Positions 47,177 to 60,245 are shown, counted from the whole stretch's first letter. The stretch: DNA of 62,916 nucleotides, filler included, from Globobulimina sp. (GCA_003354225.1; 25 parts of 25 records of this genome joined end to end with filler, not necessarily neighbours in it), one strand, 5' to 3'. Numbers and translations: made by a program. Notes: generated from the sequence alone by a model not told the origin.

Positions 47177-47716
47177 TTACAGTTCACGTTGGAGCGAAGT
47201 CAAGTATTTATAAACAAAACTGCCAGGCTGTGCCATGGATACTGGAGTGTTTCCATTAGCAGCTTTGGCATCAAATGGCACGCCGTGTTCTATTAAAACT
47301 TTTACAGTCTCCATATGTCTTTGTTCCTGGCCCCAACAGGCTCGATGTATCGGTTCAAATCCATCTTTATGTTTATCCCTTGGATCTAAACCATGTTCAA
47401 TTAATTCCTTTGCAATTTCATATCTCCCTTGAAACCCAGCACCATGCATTGGAGTATAACCATCTTTCTCTGCAATACTTGTATCTGCTCCTTTAGATAA
47501 TAAATATTTAACTGATTCCAATTTGCCACCTAAAACAGCAAACATTACTGGTGTTTGGCCGCCTGGACCAATGGTATTTATATCCGATCCACTATTCAAT
47601 AATGTGTCAATTGCGTTTGGATCATCAGCATTCACTGCGTTAAATAATGCATTATCCACTGATTGCACTAACAATGATGAAAACACATTCGATAAAACTA
47701 GTACTTGCAATAACAT
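47177..47716 (-). CDS. Ankyrin-repeat protein with signal peptide
   Basis: GQTPVMFA, GYTPMHGA, GFEPIHRA and GNTPV; hydrophobic N-terminus; C-terminal QREL resembles an ER-retention signal. Confidence 0.9.
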   Translation of the reverse strand: MLLQVLVLSNVFSSLLVQSVDNALFNAVNADDPNAIDTLLNSGSDINTIGPGGQTPVMFAVLGGKLESVKYLLSKGADTSIAEKDGYTPMHGAGFQGRYEIAKELIEHGLDPRDKHKDGFEPIHRACWGQEQRHMETVKVLIEHGVPFDAKAANGNTPVSMAQPGSFVYKYLTSLQREL

Positions 47717-47901
47717 GATAAAAATTGAATGATAAATATAAAAACTGAAAAGTATGCGTGGTTCAAATTGTTTCTAAAAGATTTGAAAACTTTTCATCTA
47801 TNNNNNNNNNNNNNNNNNNNNNNNNNNNNNNNNNNNNNNNNNNNNTTAATTAATTAANNNNNNNNNNNNNNNNNNNNNNNNNNNNNNNNNNNNNNNNNNN
47901 N

Positions 47902-50273
47902 ATCGGTTAGATACTACCAATCGCGCAGTTAATATTTATAAAGCTCCAACAAAGCGTCAACAACAGTTCAAGACTGAAGGACCACCAGAAGTACATGTGA
48001 ATCATGCACAAGTACAAAAGTTGAGTGGACGTAAACGATTGACGATCCCATCTCGGAACAAGAAGATACAAGCTAGAACTTGGGAAACCTACGACGATAC
48101 ATTGTATGCTGCGAATTCAACTGCATCTGATGAACAACGGATGAAACATGTGCAGAAGATGATTGAGATGAAAGTTCCAGATGCAACATTATATCCAATT
48201 TTGAATGGATTTGAACCAGGGTTATTACAAGCATGTGTAGAACGAATTCCAGCAATAAAACGAGAGAAATTGGCACTCAAGGCAGTAGTGGAAAGTAAAG
48301 TAGTGGAAGAACAACTGCAACCGGAACCAGAGAATGTAGAACAAGCATTCATAAGAATAAAAGCATTGTACTTGAAATACCAGATTTTGCTGGTGCGTGA
48401 TATAATAGGAAATATTAACAACAAAAGCGCCAGAAATGCATTGGTTAAGCGGTTACTATTGGATGTAGATCTCGCTCAAATGCGACGAGCTCCTTTCGTA
48501 ACATTGTTGGAATACTACGGAACTCCAAATGAACTGACGATCAGAGATCATGGAGTGAAAGAATGGCTGCAAGATTCAGAAGTTGTGCGTGCTGGATCTA
48601 CTTGGGATACAGTTCTTGTTTTTGGACCAGGAACGGAACGGTCAAGTGATGCAATAGGAGGAGAAATGTTATTTGGAACAGCAATAGAAGCACCAAATGA
48701 TACAACAACATTTGATGTAGTGGCCAGTATAATTCATGTCAGCAATATGGTACTGTTCAGAATCACAGACGGTTCATGGCGTCGTGTCACGGCTTTACGT
48801 AATATTGCTGGATTACAATCCCAATTCATATCAAATATGGGATGGATCGCCTACATTACAGACTACCAAGGACAATCATTGAATAAAACAGGGTATTTGA
48901 AATATTGGTTTAGAACACCAGAAGCAGAAGCAAGAATGTGGGGAGAAACTGATAAAGCTACAGTGGACTTTCAACAACCTTATACAACTCAATTCATACG
49001 AGACGATCGTGTAGCCTTACGAATTCGAATTCAAGATCAACACTACGATGTATGGGACAACGAAGGATTACCTGGGCGTCCGTTATTGATGCCACGTGGA
49101 ACCCGTTGTCGTATGTACGCAGAAGCTGGACAATTTCTTCAACGAGTTAAAACAGAAGAAACGATTGGAGTTATAAAAAGTTTTGTAAAAGGAAATGAAG
49201 AACGACAACCGGACGTGAGATTTGAGGGCAGAGATGCTCCTAAAGATCTTATTTTGTGGAATGTGGTTGTTGTGGCAGAAGATGGAACAGAAGAACAATT
49301 AGAAGTACGACCATGTTGTATGTACCCACAGAGAGATACGTACAATGCTGATACAGCGTCAGTAGGTTCATTTTGTTATATAACCTATGTTCCGTCAAAA
49401 ATAAAGAAAGCAATGATTCCCCGAGAACGACGTATTGTCCCAGAAGGAGAGACATCAATGACAGAAAGTAATACCTCTGGAGAAGAGGGAGAGCCACATC
49501 CGAAACATGAAACGGTAATAGTAACAGCTTGTACAGTCAAGTGCATTATTGGGGAAGAGGCATGGAGAAGATTATATGCATGGGCTACACCTTCATCGAT
49601 TAGTGCTACATTCATCCCTAAGCTGTGGCGCTATCTTAGGCCTGAATACCAAGATTTCGATTTCATCGTAATGATGTTCTCCCGTATTCATGCACTATTG
49701 GTTCTAAATGAACTTGGTATAATCCGGAAGAGATCAGCTCAACTGAAACTAGAGGTTACAGCACTAGTGAAACATCGGTATCCTAATTTGGTTTTCGAAA
49801 TTTTTGTACCCAAAGCTCGATATTGTGCTGACAAAACACTCAAAAGAGTTATTAGTCAGTTTACATTTCATCTGAGCAAACCCGTATCAGTAAAACTGTT
49901 ACAAGCAGTAATTGATCCAGAAGAAGGGGTACAGAAATTCTTGTTGGATGATGGTGTTCCAGGAGGTAATGCTTATGTGACACAAATAAAGCAGGTCTAT
50001 GTTGAGGAGGAAGAGATCCAAGATCTTGCTGGTCCATTATGGGCATCCAATACACTGGATACACCGGATCCGAGATTGGTAACGGACAACCCTCCGCCTG
50101 CTGGCAGCAGTATGATAGTCGCGGGACGCCGTTTGACCATCACGCTGAATCCAGTGTCGGCAATACCATTCATCCATAAAATCCAGAAAACCGAAGTTAT
50201 TGCGATCCAAATGACTCCAGTCTTGAGTCATAAAGCCCATAGAATAGACACGTTTCAAATACTGAATCAATAA
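47902..50273 (+). CDS. Large intronless hypothetical protein (about 790 aa or more, 5' partial)
   Basis: The frame is open from the contig start to TAA at 50273; no motif recognised. Confidence 0.75.
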
Positions 50274-50898
50274 AAACATTTTGTTCCTTCGTCAATGTGA
50301 TCTTTGTATTGTCCGCTGTTGNNNNNNNNNNNNNNNNNNNNNNNNNNNNNNNNNNNNNNNNNNNNTTAATTAATTAANNNNNNNNNNNNNNNNNNNNNNN
50401 NNNNNNNNNNNNNNNNNNNNNTGTTAAATCATTGAGTGTAACGAGTGATGATAGTAACGTTATGACTCCAGTAGTTAATGATAATTTGTCAGGAATTTGT
50501 AATGATGAAGGCAATGGCACCGACAGTGATGGTGAAGATTTGTATCAAGATCAACCAAATAGTGACATTACGACAGCGACGCCGCAAGGAACCACTGCGG
50601 GTAATGTATAGTCATAATGTTGAATGTTATGTGTTTTTCAATTTGTGTGTGTTTAGGTCTAGGTCCCAATTTATTGTGCAATATAAGAACGATGACTAGC
50701 TCACTTCGCGAAAATCTTGAAATCACAGTTCTATCTCATTTCTTATATTATGCAATATTTCTAAAAATTTGTCGTCTATGTGATGGAGTGATCTAACTGT
50801 CAAAACATGCTTCATCACAGTGCGTCAGATATAGAATAGTCGAGACGTCATTGTATGTTCATATTGAATTTCAGATAATTGGTTGAAATATTAAAACG

Positions 50899-52813
50899 TT
50901 ACGAACTTTTTTTGTTGATGATTGACGTTTCTTTGAATGGTTTCTCTGTATTTGAAGGAACAAATGGCTTCAACTCACTTTGTATTGTTGTTTGCCTCAT
51001 ATTATCTGATTTATTGTTTACTGATTGTTTGTATCTCAAATGTGCGATATATTGCACCATAACAGTCATAACCACCATAATGAATATAATCAATGAGAGG
51101 ATATAATCGCCCTTTTTAATGGCCATCTCATTCCCAAAATTATTTCCTTCTCTTAATTGATTGCATTCCTTTTGTCCTTTGCATAGTAAAAACTGTTCCA
51201 GCATAGTTTCATAAATTTGTTTTTCCGATGCAGCCAATGATAACATCCGATTACTTAACTGATAATAATCCATATCCAAATCATAAAATTCCCCATAATA
51301 TTGCGCAGTTCCCTTCTCACATTCAATTTGCTTATAATTATCGTCAAAACATTTAAATTTACAATATATGCTTCCGTTATTCTGTCCTTTATAGGTATCA
51401 ATCATTCGAATGCAATCATAACTGTTATTCCATGCATCACAGACATTGTTCCAACCATTTAGAGGGCCCAGGTTTGCGTCGCAGAAACGTATTCCATCAT
51501 TTCTTCCATACGAGTTATCGCCATAGTATTCAATCAAAAACTGTTGTTTTATATTATATGTATTCTTATCTTTGTCATTATTATAATGATATCTGTCATC
51601 ATATAAATACTGAACCAATGATCTTCCATCCATATGTTTAGGGATATTCTCTTTGTTTGACATTAATTGAATCAGTGTCGGAGCAATATCAATATTCAAA
51701 GCCATGATGTCAGTTTTCATATTTTTAGAAATTCCGGCACCACTTACTATGAATGGAACGCGTATATCATTCTCATATAACTGCCGTTTGTCCCAACCTT
51801 GACCAAATTGTCCAATATGGAATCCGTGATCAGAAGTATACAAAAAAAGTGTTTGCTGCAACATATTAAACTCATCAATCATATTATAAATATCCTCAAC
51901 AATATCATCCACACTCTGTAATGTCCCATGTCTCATTCGCCAAAAGTCATCACTTTGTTTGATTGCTTTTTCATTCATTTTTGACGAATGTAATCGTATC
52001 AAATCATGTTTATTGGACACCACAGCTTCATCAAAGTTATTCCAATTCGCAATTCTTGGCGCAATTTCTTTTTGTGCTGTATTTTCATATCGCGGTTCTG
52101 GAGTAAATAATGAGTGCGAAGCTGGAGGCGCAATCAACATAAAAAATGGTGTGGTTGAATGTCGAACATATTTGTTGAGGAAATCTATGGATTGTCGGCG
52201 GATCACATTTGTATAATAATCTCCTTCGTCATACTTGTCACCATAATTAACGGCAACACCATTTGCACTGATTGTATAATTGTAATATTTGCTGTTTCCA
52301 ACCAAACCAAACCACTGCGACCAACCAGATGGAATATGCTGCGTTCCACCGTTTTCATATCCATTTTGACCATAAGTATTCAAATATTTTCCAGCATAAA
52401 ATGTATTGTATCCTTCTGCTTTAATATATGATGCAAAACAATATGGTTCAATCTCTTTTTGCCAGTAAAGACTACCACATCCTCCATCGTATGAATTGTT
52501 TATTGTTTTATGATTATGGACATATCTCCCACTTAAAATGGATGCTCTTGAAATGCAACAAATTGGCGACGACACAAAAGCATTTGTAAATGTCAATCCA
52601 TTTTCAACAATAAGTTTGTTTGTTTTTTCTTGATATTTCATTCCATGCAACGTCAAATCCTGCATTTCGATTTTAATTGATATGCAATATAATATATTTT
52701 AGATATGAAACAAAGACCTGGTCATCTGTAAGAATAAAAACAACATTCAGTTGTTTGCATTGACTCTGTATCACGCAATGAAGAACAATTAACACTTTAA
52801 ACAGTTCAGACAT
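50899..52813 (-). CDS. N-acetylglucosamine-6-sulfatase-like sulfatase with a C-terminal TM anchor
   Basis: Signal peptide, NVVFILTDDQ|D across intron 52660-52717, CCISRASILSG, GKYLN, YTSDHGFHIGQF, K...YE.DIRVPF and NIDIAPT. Confidence 0.9.
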
Positions 52814-52977
52814 GCTTTAACTAACACAACCAGTGAGGTTNNNNNNNNNNNNNNNNNNNNNNNNNNNNNNNNNNNNNNNNNNNNTTAATTAATTAANNNN
52901 NNNNNNNNNNNNNNNNNNNNNNNNNNNNNNNNNNNNNNNNTGATATAAATCAGTATGTTGGATGGAGATGGCATATT

Positions 52978-54228
52978 TTAACGATTTTCTGGTATATTAA
53001 GTATTCTGCTGATTTCTTCATCAGTCAAACCAATGTAATCATGACCATGTGGTGACGGAATTTCTTCATATTCTTTTTGATGATGGTATAATTTATTCGG
53101 ATCTTTTGCAACACTCAGGCTTAAACCTTCCAACCTATTATTGCCTAAAATTGGTGCATTTTGTTTAAGATATCCTCCTTTTTCTAGAGACATCTCCAAA
53201 ATTGGATAACAAGCAGAGGAAATATCTTCAAATACATTCCCAACACATTGTAAATTTACAACCTGTTGCTGTTCCAAGTAAACCCAGCCGCCATCATACA
53301 CAAATACAGCGGCAGGTATCTCAGTTAAATGTTGTGATAGATCAATTCCAGTATTTTTAAATACACAATTTGATATTCTAACATCTCCAGCAAATGGGTC
53401 TATTACAATACTATAGAAACCACCATCAAATGTACAATTATCAACAGTTAAATCTGAGGCATTCCGCATCGGGCTCCCATTCCGCATCGCGATCCCATTC
53501 AACTGTCCACCTATAGCCATAACGCAATGCTTCATCCATAATTTACTATTGGCGGCGAGAGATAGTACACCAATTGAAGACGATTCATGATTTAAATAGT
53601 TTAATGTCGCATTTTCAATGTACGTTTTACCAAATATTTGTAAACCATCCACTTCCAATACAACATCATTTCCAATCCCAATCAATTGAATATTACCAAC
53701 ATCACCACTCAATGCATAATGTCCATTGTGTAGCAATATTCTATCCCCAGCTTCGCAATCATTTACTGCAGCATACAAACTATTAATTTGAAAACCTAAT
53801 TCCTTTTCTATTTCATGCAAATGAGGTCGCTTCTGATCAACAATTATTGTCACATTTTCTGTCTCATCATATTCCATTTCATTTGGAAGCAATAATTGTT
53901 TCGAATTTATTGATTCATATGATTTATTTAAATAATTTTTTACATTTTTTTCTGAACATTGTTTCCATGTTTTACTGACTGACATTGTACGATAAAATCC
54001 AGCAAATGCTAAGATATGTTGCGTAATATCTTTTGGGAATATATCATTCATCGATAAACATTTATAATATGCTGTTCTTAATGAGTTGTTGTTATCCAAT
54101 GATTCAAATTGTTGATTAGCAAACGCTTTGATTGCATCCAAAGGGATATAATCCAGCAAAGGTATCAAATCAATTCGGCTGTCCGCAGAATCGATGTAAG
54201 AGTGTATGGGTTGCTTGAACGAGGCCAT
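52978..54228 (-). CDS. F-box-like motif plus right-handed beta-helix protein
   Basis: IFPKDITQHILAF....SVSKTW, AAV.DCEAGDRILLHNGHY, and repeated V.NC.F / ISNCVF rungs. Confidence 0.65.
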   Translation of the reverse strand: MASFKQPIHSYIDSADSRIDLIPLLDYIPLDAIKAFANQQFESLDNNNSLRTAYYKCLSMNDIFPKDITQHILAFAGFYRTMSVSKTWKQCSEKNVKNYLNKSYESINSKQLLLPNEMEYDETENVTIIVDQKRPHLHEIEKELGFQINSLYAAVNDCEAGDRILLHNGHYALSGDVGNIQLIGIGNDVVLEVDGLQIFGKTYIENATLNYLNHESSSIGVLSLAANSKLWMKHCVMAIGGQLNGIAMRNGSPMRNASDLTVDNCTFDGGFYSIVIDPFAGDVRISNCVFKNTGIDLSQHLTEIPAAVFVYDGGWVYLEQQQVVNLQCVGNVFEDISSACYPILEMSLEKGGYLKQNAPILGNNRLEGLSLSVAKDPNKLYHHQKEYEEIPSPHGHDYIGLTDEEISRILNIPENR

Positions 54229-55134
54229 TGTTGATTCAAGTGCTGTTGATTTGAATTCAAGTGCTGTAGTTCCCGCTCATTTTCCTGTTTTTTTTCTAAA
54301 TGATATCTCGATTCATTCACAAGATCTCCTAATCTGCGCAACAAACATGATCGCAAATCATTATTACAGTCATCCATTCCAGTTTGTAATGATTTATTTT
54401 GTGGTTGTTTCTTGCTCAACTTTTTCTTTTGCTTTTTATTTTTTTTCCGTTTTTGCCTACGATTCCTATTGCCACGCTGTCTCACTTTCACATTGTTCCT
54501 ATTTTTATTCAATTTAATTGGCGTCAATTTCATTGTACAATATCTTTAATTTCATACACTTCACAGTCCGCAATCCATATTTTACGCATCTTTAATTTAA
54601 ATATTTTACGATTCTTGTTTCATTAATATATATATTCCGTAACTGCAACTTAGCGCTCTTATAATGTTGCGGAATATATATAACATTTCACTCTCCCTTT
54701 TGTTTAATTGCAGCACCAAATCCGTTGACTTATAATCAAATATATATTCCTAAATTTATATAATTAATATTTGCTTTCTTACAATTTGTAGTAATTTCAA
54801 ATACGCCCTCCATTTTTTCCACTCTTGGTGGTAACTTAAATCAATGCAATGATATATTTATAATTTTCATATTTTTTTAAAGAAACACAAAAAGAATCCT
54901 TCCACATATTTATAATATTTGACAGACGATAACGTATATTTTTCGATGTTCCATTGGAATGTAAATGGTGTTTCAAACCAAGAAAATCTAGAAATTGAAT
55001 GATCAATCTTTGCACTATCCGTTGTAGTCATTTTTAATATTTGTGGTTCATATCCAAACTCCAATATTTTATATTTTTCACATTTTTTAAAGATAACGAT
55101 ACGCAGTTTTGAGCGAAGTAGCTTTTAAGGAAAA

Positions 55135-55359
55135 ATGAACAATGCTGTCAGGAAAAGACGATCACAATTATTAGTAAGTGGATACGTTAGAAAATGTAGC
55201 ACCCACTACATCCACACAGATATTATGAGTATCATTCATGCGTTTCATTATTATATTTTATTGCTATTATATTCTATTGGTGACAACGGATGTGGACAAC
55301 AAGGAAACGGAGGAAATGAAGGCATTAAAAACATAACTAAAATAAAAACATTTAAAACA
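55135..55359 (+). CDS. RCC1-repeat protein, N-terminus (partial)
   Basis: LLVSGYVR motif followed by LYSIGDNGCGQQGNG. Confidence 0.6.
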
Positions 55360-56152
55360 NNNNNNNNNNNNNNNNNNNNNNNNNNNNNNNNNNNNNNNNN
55401 NNNTTAATTAATTAANNNNNNNNNNNNNNNNNNNNNNNNNNNNNNNNNNNNNNNNNNNNTATGGTGTGCATTTCCCAAAAGATAATAAATTGCCAATAAA
55501 TTTCAGATTTGAATATGTGGCCGGTGAATATTTTTATAATTTAGAAAAGGGTAAATATGATTTCATGGTTAGTAATTTTCGGATATTTGGCCCAAATAAA
55601 AAAACACAACAAATTGTGAGCAAAGCCATTGGGATGGAATGGCCGAAAGGCACTGATGATATTGAACAATTTTTGAAAAATAAAAATAAGTTTTTGCAGT
55701 TAAATTATAAAATAATCGATAAAACAACGTATAAATGCAATGATAAAGAAAATTCAAAATGGACATTTGTTGAATATTATCAAAAATATATTTGGTATAA
55801 AAAAAAATAACTCACAAAAAAGAAGAGTTGCTCATAATAATAGTGTTCATTGTATCATTGCATACTGTACATATAAAACGTTAATTTTTCACTTTTTTTG
55901 TCAGTTTGATGATTTTCCGAAAGAAATATTCATTGCATTGAGCTGCGAGATGGTGATCATCACAATTCGATGATAGTGACAAATTGATATAACAAATCGT
56001 GGTAGAAAATTAAAAACAAATCAAAAAAAAAACAAGTAGAAATACACTATATTATTGTTTTTAAAAAATGCAAAGAACACTTTAAGAATAGTTTAAAAAA
56101 AACAAGTATAACTACAAAACAACCATACAAAAATACAAAACTACAATTTTAA

Positions 56153-57878
56153 TTAAAATTTTCTTTTCATTCCGTAATTTAAACTTGAAAATTTATCACT
56201 TCTATTACTTCTTCGCGATTGTTGTTGTTGAATATTTTGTTGTGGTGTCGCTTGTTGATAATGCGTATTATTCATATTATTCATACTATTCATATTCATC
56301 TGGCCACGCATATTATTATTGTTATTATTACTATTTATATTTGGTGTGATCTGTTCACTTCTCGCAATCCAATTATTATTTAAATTATTCATACTCGGCG
56401 AGTAATTATGGTGATAACTATTGTTCCGATTATAATTTACCACTTCCTGTTGTTGCTGTTGTTGCATTTGATAATCTAAACCAATATTATTATTCACATA
56501 ATTTGCTAAATTATTAATTTGCAACAAATTCTGTGCATTGCTGTGCATATATCTCGCATTCGCGTTGGTAAATGCTCGCGAAGCTTCATAATCGCCAATA
56601 TCGCACAATTTCGTAGTTACTCGCGTCCCATACTTTGATAACACAGAATAATCCAAATTGTCTTTCACTTTGCGCCGGTCATACGTCACTTGTTTTAATT
56701 GCGTGATAACGCGCAGCATCTTCCTCCCATCGATCTTATTGTACAATATATGTACCTGAAATGGTAAATGTCTCAAGCCATTAAAATCTTTTTTAAGCAC
56801 ATCGCGGGATATTCCATATTCAAAAAATATCGTCGTATCTTCAAATACATTTCCTACGTCCTGTTGCGAGCTCGGTATTGAATATAATTTGCGGGCTTTA
56901 TTCATTTCAGTCTCCGTATCTTTTTTATCCATATCCATATCCATAACCACTGCATTCTGTTTTTTATTTATATCCGCTGGCTTATTTTCAAACGGATTGA
57001 CATTTTGTAGCTCACTCACAGTATCAACAAATTTTAAACCGGGATGTAATAACATCTTTGCATTGGTTAAAGTGGCAATGATTTCTTTGTCCAAAATACC
57101 GCTGAATTTCTCTGTTAATTTTAATGGATTTATTCTGCGCAAATTACCTCCGCTTATCTCAACAATTCGGCCCAATGCTTCTAAATTGCAGCCATCGTCG
57201 GTGATACTGATGATGCTCACAACGACGCCCTTTTCCATGGCCCAATTCCCCAAATTCTCGTAAAATGCACCTGTATCCGTATCAGTGCTGTCATCAATTT
57301 TACCAACGCCAATATTTGCTAGTCCTTTATGTTGCATTTTGTTAAAATTAAAATTGTGTATTATAGATCACAAAAATGTGCATACCATCTGTGCATAATA
57401 TGACTTGTGATCCTCGTTTGATGGACGCCATAGAAGTGGATACCGTCAATGCTGGCCCTAATGATGTCTGTCCTTTTTCCTCTAAACTCCATAATGCGTC
57501 ACTTAGTGCGCCATGCGAATCTGACACACAATGCGAAATCTTACAATTGTCGCAACTACCAATCTCTTGCAATTTTTCTAAATTATTTAATTTATCACCA
57601 GTGATTATTTCAAATCCATTGTTATTTTCATCTTTCATTGCATCGCCATACACTGTTACTTCATTGTTAAATGTCACTAAACCAACCTGGTTAAAGCAAA
57701 AAAATGCGTTTTTGCACATTCTAAAAATACGCAGACATACTTTCAAAGCTGGCTGCTCTGTTTTTAATTTCTCAATTTGTGCATCCACCGCAGCTTGAAC
57801 TGATTGCAAACGCGAGATATATGTCACATTTTGCGACTGATTCGGCATCCATTGGTTCCTATCCATTGGGTCTATAAA
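56153..57878 (-). CDS. von Willebrand factor A domain protein (CPRAS1/Sec23-like vWA), 5' partial
   Basis: SRLQSVQAAV, VGLVTFNNEV, TSLGPAL and VILCTDG|LANIGVG across short introns. Confidence 0.8.
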
Positions 57879-57979
57879 NNNNNNNNNNNNNNNNNNNNNN
57901 NNNNNNNNNNNNNNNNNNNNNNTTAATTAATTAANNNNNNNNNNNNNNNNNNNNNNNNNNNNNNNNNNNNNNNNNNNNA

Positions 57980-58129
57980 GGCCTCGCCGTCAGCCGCGCC
58001 CTGCCCGAGCAGATCAAGGGTCTCTACCACGCCGGCAGCGTCGGCATCATCATGTCCGGCTGGCTCGGCGCCATCAACTACGGCGTCATCGCCGCCAACG
58101 ACGTCGATGCGTTGTTAATGAACGAGTAA
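57980..58129 (+). CDS. GC-rich bacterial gene 3' end, probably a phytoene-desaturase-like FAD oxidoreductase
   Basis: Manual translation [49 protein letters not shown]; very high GC at third codon positions. Confidence 0.6.
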   Translation, partial: GLAVSRALPEQIKGLYHAGSVGIIMSGWLGAINYGVIAANDVDALLMNE

Positions 58130-58135
58130 AAAAAT

Positions 58136-58157
58136 GTAGGCCCGATCATGATCGGGC
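58136..58157 (+). repeat. Bacterial REP-like palindrome (GTAG + stem-loop)
   Basis: GTAG-GCCCGATC-AT-GATCGGGC immediately after the stop codon. Confidence 0.6.
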
Positions 58158-58270
58158 AGTTCATGCGGTTGGCCTTGCTCAAATGCCCTGAAAGGACATA
58201 ATCCCATAGCCCTGGGTACCGGGGCTTTTCATCATAATCGATCTGGTAGCGTTGCAGGAATTCCCAGAGT

Positions 58271-58669
58271 TCATCCTTCAGTCTTTTTTTGCTCTGTAAT
58301 ATCGAGTTCAAAAGGGTGAGGAAGCAAGTTCTCAATCGAGCATTCAAAAGTTTCATTTGAATCACAGACAAAAAGCAGGACGGCAGTTTTCCCAAATTCA
58401 TAAATGACTTGACGACATGCCCCACAAGATGTATTGATTGTTTGTGTGGGAGTATAAATAACCAGAGCAAATATTTCGGAAGCTCCATCCCCAATCGCCT
58501 TTAGAACAGCATTACGCTCGGCACACATGGAAAGTCCATAAGATGCATTCTCAATGTTTGGCGATGCATATATTTTATCGTTATCCGCTAATACAGCAGC
58601 ACCAACACGGAAACAACTATAGGGACTGTATGAATTTGGCAGCACTGATTTTGCGTGTTTTATAGTCAT
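58271..58669 (-). CDS. cdd: Homotetrameric cytidine deaminase, bacterial type
   Basis: SYSPYS.FRVGAA, NIENASYGLSMCAER.A, SCGACRQVIYEF and LLPHPF. Confidence 0.9.
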   Translation of the reverse strand: MTIKHAKSVLPNSYSPYSCFRVGAAVLADNDKIYASPNIENASYGLSMCAERNAVLKAIGDGASEIFALVIYTPTQTINTSCGACRQVIYEFGKTAVLLFVCDSNETFECSIENLLPHPFELDITEQKKTEG

Positions 58670-60245
58670 AATTCATAAATACAGAATCACTTATAACTGA
58701 TGAAGTAGTTGGCGTCCATATAATGGTGTCACTATTTCGTCTCATTCTATTTGTGGTTGCATATGACTGCCCAGCAACATGTACGCTTTCATCATAATGT
58801 TGATTGTGTTTCTCTTCCTGGTTTGGAATAAATATCGATCCCAACTCATCTCGCAAGCTTGTATTCGTAGTATCCAATAAGTTACCAACCGATTTGCTAC
58901 CAATTCGTAACGATAAAAATGGTTTGGATTTTATTTCATAATCATCACTGTCATCGTAATCTGTTGAAGTGTGTACAACATTATTAAATCTCACCGATGA
59001 ATGCGATAATCGGTTATTCGACGAATTAGAACTGGAGGAATTGGTATCAATATCAACAGATGAATCAAAGTGTATGGTGTGTAATGAAATGGATGGTTTC
59101 ACAAATTTATTCTCTCGCTGTGCATTACGCCGTTTACGTTTGGATGGTTTACGACGAACATTGTTTGATACTGGAATTGATGGCAAACGTTTTTGCGCGT
59201 AAATATTTGGCAACGATTTTGTTGGTATATGCATTTTTGGCAACGATTTTGCGCGTAAATATTCATCATTTGTTTTTTTGTCTTCATTTAAATAATATAC
59301 ATGCAGCACATTCATCATTTGTTTATAAAAACGCAACGCAGACTTTGACATATCTTTGAAAATATGCTTTTGGATGTTTTGTTTAGCAAATTGTTGCTGT
59401 ATTTGGTGCAGTGATGGTGGTTTAGATTGGTTGATTAAATGGGCATAGTCCATTGCAATTAATTCATATATTTTGTTTGTAAAATCATCAAACATCTGTT
59501 GATGTTGTTTATTGTTAATAATGTCCAACAAATTCGATATCTGTTCATCATCAGCACTGTTTAGTTGCTTTTGTTTGCTTTCTATTTGTTCAATTTTGTT
59601 GATTAATGTTTTATTTGTTTTTCTCTGTTTCTTTAACATTGTTTCTAATTTCTGATACATAACTTTCTGATTTGCGAGTTGTTCATCTTTAAAGTCAGGA
59701 TTATTTTTATTTAGTTTTTGATGTTTTTTATTTTTTGGGATGATGATATATTTTTGTTTGATCGTTTTTGGTGTTGATATAATAAAATCGTGAGATTGTA
59801 AGAATATGCCATATTTATCTTTGCATTTGAAATATTGTCTACCATTCAGCTTTCCATTATTTTTACCATTGGGTCTGATTAATTCAATTCCATAATATAT
59901 GCCAGATTTAGATTTGTTGAATGCATTTGAATAAAGAAAGCCGATAAATCGTACTGTTCCATTACATTTTGCTTGTAAGCATTTTACTTTATCACTAACT
60001 GTAACACGTGGTTGAATATCATTAGTTTTCATCCTAATTATTGCTATTTGTTTGACAAATATTCCTTGATTTGATTTGCATTTAAAATATGAAATCCCAT
60101 CAACACAACCATTATTTTTACCCTTTTTTTGGTACAATTCAATTCCATAAAAAATATCGTTTTTGCCTTGAATTTCTCCAATAAATCTAACAATGCCATT
60201 TGCATTATTCTTTCTTAGTTTTACCTGCAATGATTGTTTAAACAA
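58617..60245 (-). CDS. Tandem CAP-Gly domain protein (3' end probably cut by a chimeric junction)
   Basis: G.VRFIG...YGIEL...GKNNG....YFKCK...GIF occurs twice, followed by a coiled coil. Confidence 0.88.
   Translation of the reverse strand: MFKQSLQVKLRKNNANGIVRFIGEIQGKNDIFYGIELYQKKGKNNGCVDGISYFKCKSNQGIFVKQIAIIRMKTNDIQPRVTVSDKVKCLQAKCNGTVRFIGFLYSNAFNKSKSGIYYGIELIRPNGKNNGKLNGRQYFKCKDKYGIFLQSHDFIISTPKTIKQKYIIIPKNKKHQKLNKNNPDFKDEQLANQKVMYQKLETMLKKQRKTNKTLINKIEQIESKQKQLNSADDEQISNLLDIINNKQHQQMFDDFTNKIYELIAMDYAHLINQSKPPSLHQIQQQFAKQNIQKHIFKDMSKSALRFYKQMMNVLHVYYLNEDKKTNDEYLRAKSLPKMHIPTKSLPNIYAQKRLPSIPVSNNVRRKPSKRKRRNAQRENKFVKPSISLHTIHFDSSVDIDTNSSSSNSSNNRLSHSSVRFNNVVHTSTDYDDSDDYEIKSKPFLSLRIGSKSVGNLLDTTNTSLRDELGSIFIPNQEEKHNQHYDESVHVAGQSYATTNRMRRNSDTIIWTPTTSSVISDSVFMNYDYKTRKISAAKFIQSL

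Noticed and set aside
58271-58669. cdd as a horizontally acquired host gene
   Set aside because: It abuts other bacterial fragments and overlaps the end of a eukaryotic ORF, so a chimera is the simpler explanation.
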